From contig JBEIPA010000002.1 in assembly GCA_040377305.1 (NCBI GenBank), forward strand, positions 194,272-258,271: 64,000 nt of DNA. The letters run 5' to 3'. Position numbers and translations under genes: made by a program. The notes under the pieces were generated by a model, which saw only the letters and a list, made by a program, of their open reading frames with translations, had not been told where the DNA came from and did no database searches. Position 1 is the stretch's first letter. Every line of letters starts with the position of its first letter. This document shows positions 56,634 to 64,000 of this stretch, piece by piece. Source of the DNA: Flavobacteriales bacterium (GTDB taxonomy: Bacteria; Bacteroidota; Bacteroidia; Palsa-965).

Positions 56634-57950
56634 TTACTTCGGCTTCACCACCGCTCTTCCAATACTCGCGTAATAGAAGTTCTGCTCTTCCATCTGGTCG
56701 AGACCGTACAGATTTCTACCGTCGAAAATGACATTGCTCTTCAGCAACTTTTTCATGCGATCAAAATCCGGTGTACGGAACAAACTCCATTCGGTGCAAA
56801 TGATAAGAGCATCTGCTCCTTCGAGAACACTATACTCGTCAAGTCCGTAAGCAATCTTGTCGCCAAATAGTTTTCCGACGTTGTGCATTCCTTCCGGATC
56901 GTATGCAGAAACCGTAGCACCTGCTTTGAGCAATTCTTCAATAATATACAAAGCCGGAGCTTCGCGAATATCGTCCGTGTCAGGTTTAAAAGCCAATCCC
57001 CACAGTGCAATCTTTTTGCCTTTCACGTCGTTTCCGAAATAGTTCATCAGCTTAGGAACAATGATTGTCTTCTGTGTTTCGTTGATTTCCATCACCGCAT
57101 CCAGAATTTTCATAGGCTGATTCACCTCATTTGCAGAACGCGCGAGTGCCTGAACGTCTTTCGGGAAACATGATCCACCATAACCGATTCCAGGAAACAG
57201 AAAACGCTTTCCGATACGATCATCTGAACCAATTCCGATACGCACTTTGTCAACGTCGGCTCCAACTTTTTCGCAAAGATTCGCAATCTCATTCATGAAC
57301 GTAATTTTCGTCGCCAGGAATGCATTCGCTGCGTATTTCGTAAGCTCCGCAGATTTCTCATCCATGAAGATGATTGGATTTCCCTGACGAACATACGGCT
57401 TGTACAATTCCTCCATCAGCTTCTTCGCACGTTCACTGCTCGTTCCGATTACAACGCGATCTGGCTTCAGGAAATCATCCACCGCATAACCTTCACGTAA
57501 AAATTCAGGATTCGAAACAATGTCGAATTCCACTTTCGCATGTGCCGCAACAGCAGCATGAACTTTATCAGCAGTCCCAACCGGAACCGTCGACTTGTCG
57601 ATAATCACTTTGTAATCCTTGATCAGTTTTCCGAGTTGATCAGCAACACCAAGTACATATGAAAGATCAGCAGAACCATCTTCTCCCGGAGGAGTTGGCA
57701 ACGCCAGGAAAATGAGTTTTACATTCTCGATGGCCTCTTCAAGGTTCGTTGTAAACTTCAAACGCCCTTGCTTGATGTTGCGTTCAAACAACACATCCAG
57801 ATGTGGTTCGTAGATTGGAATAATTCCACTGCGCATCTTATCTACTTTCGCAGCATCGATATCAACACAGATAACATGATTTCCTGTTTCAGCTAAACAG
57901 GTTCCGGTAACGAGGCCAACATAGCCTGTGCCAACAACGGCAATATTCAT
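56634..57950 (-). CDS. ugd: UDP-glucose 6-dehydrogenase
   Basis: GTGYVGL, KSTVPVGT, NPEFLREG, GYGGSCFPKD and AFKPDTDDIRE motifs. Confidence 0.94.
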   Translation of the reverse strand: MNIAVVGTGYVGLVTGTCLAETGNHVICVDIDAAKVDKMRSGIIPIYEPHLDVLFERNIKQGRLKFTTNLEEAIENVKLIFLALPTPPGEDGSADLSYVLGVADQLGKLIKDYKVIIDKSTVPVGTADKVHAAVAAHAKVEFDIVSNPEFLREGYAVDDFLKPDRVVIGTSSERAKKLMEELYKPYVRQGNPIIFMDEKSAELTKYAANAFLATKITFMNEIANLCEKVGADVDKVRIGIGSDDRIGKRFLFPGIGYGGSCFPKDVQALARSANEVNQPMKILDAVMEINETQKTIIVPKLMNYFGNDVKGKKIALWGLAFKPDTDDIREAPALYIIEELLKAGATVSAYDPEGMHNVGKLFGDKIAYGLDEYSVLEGADALIICTEWSLFRTPDFDRMKKLLKSNVIFDGRNLYGLDQMEEQNFYYASIGRAVVKPK

Positions 57951-57962
57951 AGCGGTAGTATC

Positions 57963-59102
57963 TTAATTGAGAAATTCTTTAACTGAATCGGTGATGAACT
58001 TCAGTGTCTCTTCGTCGAGCTCCGTGTGCATCGGAAGTGAAAATACACTTGCACACAACTGTTCGGTTACAGGAAAATCACCTGCCTTGTAACGCGGATC
58101 GAGATAGGCTTTCTGCAAATGCAACGGCACCGGATAATAGATCATCGAAGGGATTCCTTTTGTTGCAAGGAAATCTTTCAAAGCCATACGGTCTGCACCA
58201 CTCAATTGCAACGTGTATTGGTGAAAAACATGATTGGAATTCTTCGCACGTTTTGGAATCGTGAGTTTCGGATGATTCGCAAATGCTTTGTCGTAGTAAT
58301 CGGCAACGCGATTGCGCGCAGCGGCATACGTATCCAGGTGACGAAGTTTAATACGAAGGATCGCAGCCTGAATAGAATCAAGACGCGAATTCACTCCGAT
58401 TGAATCGTGGTAGTATAAAGTGCTTTGACCGTGGTTTGCAATCACACGCATTTTTTCAGCGAGATCGTCACTGTTCGTGTACATTGCACCGCCGTCGCCG
58501 TAGCAACCTAAATTTTTCGAAGGAAAGAATGAAGTGCAACCGATATCGCCAATTGTACCTGCTTTTACTTTGCGTCCATCGCTGAACGTGTAGTCTGCTC
58601 CAATTGCTTGCGCAGTATCTTCAATCACAAACAGGTTGTGCTTCTTCGCAACAGCCATAATGCGTTCCATGTCGGCACACTGACCGAACAAGTGAACAGG
58701 CACTATTGCTTTTGTCTTGGGGGTAATTGCCTTTTCAATGGCCTCGATGTTGATGTCCATCGTTCCTGCATAAACATCCACAAGAACTGGTGTCAATCCG
58801 AGCAATGCAATTACTTCCGCCGTTGCAACGTATGTAAAATCTGCAGTGATCACTTCATCGCCCGGTTTCAAACCAAGTGCCATCATTGCAATCTGCAAAG
58901 CGTCTGTGCCGTTTGCGCACGGAATTACATGCTTCGCACCAAGATATTGTTCGAGTTCCGCTTTAAAAGCTTTCACTTCCGGACCGTTGATGTAAGCCGA
59001 TGAACGAATTACATCGATCACCGCTTTGTCAATTTCCTCCTGGATTTTCTCGTACTGGCCGATCAAATCGACCATCTGAATTTTCTTAATTGCAGTTGTC
59101 AT
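57963..59102 (-). CDS. DegT/DnrJ/EryC1/StrS aminotransferase (WbpE-like)
   Basis: ANGTDAL, VHLFGQ, EDTAQA, SFFPSKNLGCYGDGG and NSRLD motifs; ATG 59102 is preferred. Confidence 0.92.
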   Translation of the reverse strand: MTTAIKKIQMVDLIGQYEKIQEEIDKAVIDVIRSSAYINGPEVKAFKAELEQYLGAKHVIPCANGTDALQIAMMALGLKPGDEVITADFTYVATAEVIALLGLTPVLVDVYAGTMDINIEAIEKAITPKTKAIVPVHLFGQCADMERIMAVAKKHNLFVIEDTAQAIGADYTFSDGRKVKAGTIGDIGCTSFFPSKNLGCYGDGGAMYTNSDDLAEKMRVIANHGQSTLYYHDSIGVNSRLDSIQAAILRIKLRHLDTYAAARNRVADYYDKAFANHPKLTIPKRAKNSNHVFHQYTLQLSGADRMALKDFLATKGIPSMIYYPVPLHLQKAYLDPRYKAGDFPVTEQLCASVFSLPMHTELDEETLKFITDSVKEFLN

Positions 59103-59321
59103 CTCGCTGATAAATTTTGCCTTTGGTACTCCTTCGGAACGGGGGACGAAGATAGTTAAAAACCAGTGTTTTGACCGCGATTTTGCAGGTAAAGAGCCCG
59201 GAATTTGCATTCTATAACGCGTTTTTACCAGCTATTCACACAGTGCAACCACATATCAACTGCCGACTGCACTCCGACGTGGTGGATGCACAACTGCTTA
59301 CTGTTTAGCTATCTTTGACCC

Positions 59322-60104
59322 GTGCTGATACCAGGAAAATTCAGAGTAGGAATCGTGTTTATGACCATGCTGTTTGCATCGGTTAACGCTTTTGCGCAGA
59401 AGAAGCATCACAACATGCGCGACTCCATCGTGTCAACGGGATTCATTTCCGCGAATTATGGTTACAATTTACCGGGCGGCAATCTCTATGAGCGCTTCGG
59501 AAACAATTCTACCATTGGAGCGCTTGCCGGATATAAAACCCGCAAGAATAACTTTTACATCATCGAGTGGAATTACATTTTTGGTGAGCATGTGAAGGAA
59601 AACGGAATCCTCGACAGTATATCAACGACCGAAGGTTATCTCATCGACGTGGAAGGCAAACTTTCCGACATCCGCATTTTCGAAAGAGGATTTACACTGC
59701 ACGCGCAATACGGCCACGTGTTCCCTATTCGTGAAATTTCTCCGAACAGAAATACGGGATTATTTGTCTCCGCCGGAATCGGAATGATGCAACATAAAAT
59801 CCGTATCTACGACAACGGCGCTCGTTCTCCACAACTATCCGGTGAATACCTCAAAGGCTACGACCGCATGACGTCCGGCATTTCCTTCTCACAATTCGTA
59901 GGTTACTGGTACATGAGCAACAGCCGCTTCGTCAATTTCTATTTCGGATTCGAAGCGTACGAAGCCATTACCAAAAGTCGCCGTTCGTGGGATTACGATC
60001 TCATGCGCGCCGACACCAAACAGCGCTTCGATGTAATGTACGGTGTACGCGCAGGGTGGATTATTCCGCTGTATCGCCGTCACGGAAAAGACGAGTATAT
60101 TTGA
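59322..60104 (+). CDS. Outer-membrane beta-barrel-like hypothetical protein
   Basis: Signal peptide, amphipathic aromatic strands and a terminal GWIIPLY; -7 box TATCTTTG at 59310-59317. Confidence 0.7.
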   Translation: MLIPGKFRVGIVFMTMLFASVNAFAQKKHHNMRDSIVSTGFISANYGYNLPGGNLYERFGNNSTIGALAGYKTRKNNFYIIEWNYIFGEHVKENGILDSISTTEGYLIDVEGKLSDIRIFERGFTLHAQYGHVFPIREISPNRNTGLFVSAGIGMMQHKIRIYDNGARSPQLSGEYLKGYDRMTSGISFSQFVGYWYMSNSRFVNFYFGFEAYEAITKSRRSWDYDLMRADTKQRFDVMYGVRAGWIIPLYRRHGKDEYI

Positions 60105-60107
60105 GGA

Positions 60108-61361
60108 ATGCGTCTTCTGTATTCCATCGGCATTTTCTTTTACAACGTTGGAATTCGTATTGCTGCAATCACCAATAACAAAGCAAAACTTTGGGTTAGT
60201 GGCAGAAAAAATCTCTTCGGACATCTGCAGAAAAATCTCAGCAAAGACTCACGCGAAGTTATCTGGTTTCACTGTGCTTCACTCGGAGAATTTGAACAAG
60301 GCCGCCCATTGATCGAGCGTATCAGATCACAACATCCTGAATTCAAAATTCTCCTCACGTTTTTTTCTCCTTCTGGTTTTGAAGTACGGAAGAACTACGC
60401 AGGAGCTGATGTCGTGACTTATATGCCAGTCGACACCGCTTCAAATGCACAACGTTTTCTCGATATCGTGAAGCCAAAACTCGCTGTGTTTGTGAAATAT
60501 GAATTCTGGCTCAACCATCTTGGAGAAATTCGGAAGAGAAATATCCCGCACTATCTAGTCTCCGCAATTTTTCGCGATGATCAGATCTTCTTCAAAGGTC
60601 ATGGCGGAATATTCCGCGAAGCACTGAAAGGCTACACGCACATTTTTACGCAGGATAAAAATTCGGTTTCTCTCTTGGAGAAAATTGGAGTGAAGAATGT
60701 TTCTGTAGCTGGCGATACACGTTTCGATAGGGTTGCGGAAATTGCTGCAGGAGCAAAAGACATTCCTGCTGCCGCTACGTTCACAGTTGGAAACAAGATG
60801 TTCGTTGCAGGAAGCACCTGGAAAGCCGACGAGGATCTGCTCATTCCCATTCTGAAAAAGCACTTGAAAGAAGGTTGGAGAATGATCATTGCTCCACACG
60901 AAATCAGTGAGTCCCGAATTCAGTCCATCGAAGATGCACTCAAAGAAATCGGTGTTGCAGATAATCACGTTGTTCGCTTTTCAAAGGGCGCTATCCATTT
61001 GCCTTCTGATATTCGTGTGCTGATTATTGATAATATCGGTATGCTTTCGTCACTCTATCGTTACGGAAGTGTTGCATACATCGGCGGCGGATTCGGAAAG
61101 AGTATTCACAATACACTCGAAGCAGCGGTGTATGGAATTCCGGTTGTATTCGGTCCTATGTACGATAAGTTCAACGAAGCCCTCGGACTCATTGCCTGCA
61201 AAGGCGGAATCGGAGTTCACTCACAAGAAGAGTTGGAGATTGAAATTGACTCATTGCTTAGCGATGACAATCATCGCATTGTTGCAGGAAGAAATGCTGG
61301 AGCGTTTGTGAAAGAAAATACCGGAGCGACGGAGAAGATATTGTCAATGATAAAAATCTAA
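60108..61361 (+). CDS. waaA: 3-deoxy-D-manno-octulosonic acid transferase
   Basis: WFHCASLGEFEQ, TFFSPSG, GDTRFD, AGSTW and YIGGGFG..HNTLEAA motifs. Confidence 0.93.
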   Translation: MRLLYSIGIFFYNVGIRIAAITNNKAKLWVSGRKNLFGHLQKNLSKDSREVIWFHCASLGEFEQGRPLIERIRSQHPEFKILLTFFSPSGFEVRKNYAGADVVTYMPVDTASNAQRFLDIVKPKLAVFVKYEFWLNHLGEIRKRNIPHYLVSAIFRDDQIFFKGHGGIFREALKGYTHIFTQDKNSVSLLEKIGVKNVSVAGDTRFDRVAEIAAGAKDIPAAATFTVGNKMFVAGSTWKADEDLLIPILKKHLKEGWRMIIAPHEISESRIQSIEDALKEIGVADNHVVRFSKGAIHLPSDIRVLIIDNIGMLSSLYRYGSVAYIGGGFGKSIHNTLEAAVYGIPVVFGPMYDKFNEALGLIACKGGIGVHSQEELEIEIDSLLSDDNHRIVAGRNAGAFVKENTGATEKILSMIKI

Positions 61362-61421
61362 TCTGCGCAATCAGCGATCCCGATAGCAATGGGGCTGCGG
61401 CAGTTTTTTTTGAGCGTCGAT

Positions 61422-63338
61422 CTAGTCGTTAAACAACCACGACAATCCAATCTTCAACGCCAGATCATTCGCGGGATAGTGATCTAACAGAAAATATTTT
61501 CTGCCCATCAATCCTGCATTCGCGTGATCAACCTTCACAAATACACGCACAGGCTTCACACGAAAACTCAGCCATGGGCTGATGTACATGTAATCACCCG
61601 CGTGACGTGAATTCTGAATGTAAAATTGTGTCACTGCAGGCATATAAGCTTCAGCTGTGAATTCAGAGAACCAGGTTACGTCAGCGCCAACCTGCAATTG
61701 CATTGCATTCTTGAACAGATTAAGATTTGCAAACATGGTGTGCTCCAACAGCATGCCCGGCATGCGAATGATTGTATTTGAAGTGTGCGCATACGTAAAC
61801 CGGGTTGCTGAATTGAACCATCCTGCTTTCCAGGAGACAAGCAAACTCACCGACGACGTATTGATCGTTCCTTCATACTGCGATGGGACAAAATCCGTAT
61901 TGAAATACAATGCGTTCTCCTCCGACAGAAACTTCGCGCGTACTTCGAGCAGGAAATTTCTTCCGCAATTCGTGACCACAATCTCAGAAACAGAGCGGTT
62001 CACTTTTTTGAATGCATTCTCCCAGCGCAAATGATTGCCTGAATAGTTTGTAAAAAGCACATCGGGTGTGAGTGCTGACGTTGTTCCATGCACGGCCACT
62101 TGAGTGAGAAGTCCCAGCGATATTGAACCATTCAGATTCAGTTCATAATTTCCACTGTTGTAACCCGAAACGACATACCATCCACCGGCATCCACCTGGT
62201 TCCGATACACTCTCCGCGTCATACCACAGAACGGCTGAAAAGTTTGGTTGAAAATGTAAACCATTCGGCCTTCTGCATATATGTTCTGAAAACGCTTGTA
62301 GATTGTATCGTTGAAATATTCCCCCGCTTCGTGACGCACACCGACAAATGAGTTAATCGATTTCGCGCCCTTCTGATTAAATTTCTCGAGACGCACGCTG
62401 TTGTTGACTCTCCAACAATACGTAGAATCTGCAGTCGTGTTCGAATCCCGATAAATGGTGTTGTAAAATCCCGACTGCGGATCCGTGTCGTTATAATTGT
62501 ATTTCTCGTCGAAGAATTCGCTCACGAGAGAAATTCCCCAAGCAGGCGTAATCACATTGTAGCTCCGGGCTGTATCGAGTACGAGTGTGTCGGTTACTTT
62601 CCCCAAGGCAAAAGTGTGTTTCATCCAAACTCCGCGTTTGCGCTGAACAGTTCCGGCATCGTTCAGATTGATTTCATTCACCTGGCGATCGAGCTGATTC
62701 CCATGCGTGAATGTAGAATCATTCGCAAGTCCGCCGTTCTCTGCCACATTTTGTCCGGTCCAGAAAATGTCCGTCATCAACGAGTAGCGCTTTGTCGGCG
62801 ACATATACCAAAGGTTGGCGCGCACAGAACTGTTGCTTGTATTTTGCCTGCGATAAAATCCTTCGGATCGCGCCCGAATAAAGTGGAATGAAAAATTCAG
62901 ATTGTCGCCGAAGTTGCGAGCGTGAATGACGTTGACATATTGCTCTTGCTTTTGTCCAACGAAATATTGCAGTAACGTGTACGGTTGATTCGAGTTGTAG
63001 AATTTTCGATTGTACCTGTTAAAACCGAAATACGAAAACGCATCAGGGCGAACAGAGAACGCATCGCGGGTAGTAAACCGTGGCAGCAGCGTGTGTCCGG
63101 ATGATCCGAGATTCCCGGTATTGATCAGAAAAGGATGTACAATCTGGAAGCTGTCGAGCTTATAGTGAATAGAGTCTTGTGCCGTATTGTTTCCGTAGTG
63201 CAGATTGTGTTCATCGAATGAAACAATCTTCAACGGCACTTTTGGTTTTGTGGTGTCCGTTTTCTCTTGCGCGACTGCTACCGTTGTTCCGAAGAGGAAG
63301 GTGCAGGTGAATAAAAGTGTTGCGCGTAGAAAATTCAC
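61422..63338 (-). CDS. Putative outer-membrane porin (Bacteroidota porin family)
   Basis: Signal peptide from GTG 63338 (-7 box at 63359-63366); NGG and QFYIQ motifs; C-terminal GLSWLFND. Confidence 0.8.
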   Translation of the reverse strand: MNFLRATLLFTCTFLFGTTVAVAQEKTDTTKPKVPLKIVSFDEHNLHYGNNTAQDSIHYKLDSFQIVHPFLINTGNLGSSGHTLLPRFTTRDAFSVRPDAFSYFGFNRYNRKFYNSNQPYTLLQYFVGQKQEQYVNVIHARNFGDNLNFSFHFIRARSEGFYRRQNTSNSSVRANLWYMSPTKRYSLMTDIFWTGQNVAENGGLANDSTFTHGNQLDRQVNEINLNDAGTVQRKRGVWMKHTFALGKVTDTLVLDTARSYNVITPAWGISLVSEFFDEKYNYNDTDPQSGFYNTIYRDSNTTADSTYCWRVNNSVRLEKFNQKGAKSINSFVGVRHEAGEYFNDTIYKRFQNIYAEGRMVYIFNQTFQPFCGMTRRVYRNQVDAGGWYVVSGYNSGNYELNLNGSISLGLLTQVAVHGTTSALTPDVLFTNYSGNHLRWENAFKKVNRSVSEIVVTNCGRNFLLEVRAKFLSEENALYFNTDFVPSQYEGTINTSSVSLLVSWKAGWFNSATRFTYAHTSNTIIRMPGMLLEHTMFANLNLFKNAMQLQVGADVTWFSEFTAEAYMPAVTQFYIQNSRHAGDYMYISPWLSFRVKPVRVFVKVDHANAGLMGRKYFLLDHYPANDLALKIGLSWLFND

Positions 63339-63463
63339 AGATTGGAATGTCGTTGGAGCAAATTTACGTTTCGCTATTGACACGCACGACAAATGAATGG
63401 TGCGTTGAGAAATATTAGCAAGCGTTTTTTGGGGTCCCGGCGTTCTCTGAACGGGATTGATAT

Positions 63464-63498
63464 AAAAAGCGAAACCCCGTCATTTCTGACGGGGTTTC
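63464..63498 (-). terminator. rRNA operon terminator
   Basis: 12-bp stem GAAACCCCGTCA-TTTC-TGACGGGGTTTC with a U-tract on the minus strand, just 3' of 5S. Confidence 0.85.
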
Positions 63499-63503
63499 TG
63501 AAA

Positions 63504-63613
63504 ACTGGCAGCGACATACTCTCCCACCTTGTAGGGCAGTACCATCTGCGCAATCGGGCTTAACTTCTCTGTTCGAAATGGGAAGAGGTGATCCCCGATG
63601 CTATAGCCACCAA
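63504..63613 (-). rRNA. rrf: 5S rRNA
   Basis: The reverse complement has the 5S hallmarks CACCTCTTCCCATTTCGAACAGAGAAGTTAAG, GATGGTACTG and GGGAGAGTA. Ends are approximate. Confidence 0.95.
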
Positions 63614-63675
63614 AAGCTATTAAATAAGAAAAGACATATTGGGAGAGAATACAAACGAAGGAAATCTTTGTTCAA

Positions 63676-64000
<325 letters not shown>

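Noticed and set aside
895-63396. Numerous 60-220 aa ORFs antisense or out of frame to long genes (e.g. 895-1524, 3497-4156, 22409-23029, 32484-33110, 39524-40069)
   Set aside because: They overlap well-supported genes and have no recognisable motifs.
63614-63675. tRNA in the 23S-5S spacer or elsewhere in the window
   Set aside because: The spacer is ~60 bp and A-rich with no cloverleaf; no tRNA-like sequence was recognised by eye elsewhere.

Overview
64 kb of a Bacteroidota chromosome. The assignment rests on TAnnTTTG -7 promoter boxes, three T9SS-sorted proteins and a MurA with Asp at the catalytic Cys position. Most of the window is housekeeping and envelope genes: pyrC, acs, ppx, dnaJ/grpE, murA, tex, waaA, TPR- and 7TM-SpoIIE sensors, and a nucleotide-sugar cluster (degT/wbpE-ugd-uxs-wbpD-wbpB-wbpA-rfbB-wbpP). 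The window ends in the 3' end of an rRNA operon (23S partial plus 5S) on the minus strand. Two accessory modules stand out. (1) An AT-rich ~4 kb island (44255-48277) is exactly bracketed by an 8-bp direct repeat TTAACCGG. It encodes an alpha-class amino-methyltransferase (likely m4C), a compact SF2-helicase/Z1 protein, a 170-aa restriction-endonuclease-like protein and a small ORF, and is a candidate minimal RM-like defence system. (2) An integrase-less array of two gene cassettes (6221-7574), each followed by a homologous attC-like palindrome, with cassette-start/R'' complementarity. Other observations include a REP-like repeat inserted in-frame into rfbB, a MauG/MbnH-type diheme enzyme coupled to a T9SS protein, a glucuronyl C5-epimerase homologue inserted antisense in the sugar cluster, a repeated operator-like motif at grpE-dnaJ, probable leaderless genes and several small intergenic repeat families. 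All calls are from reading the sequence and motifs; no database searches were run.
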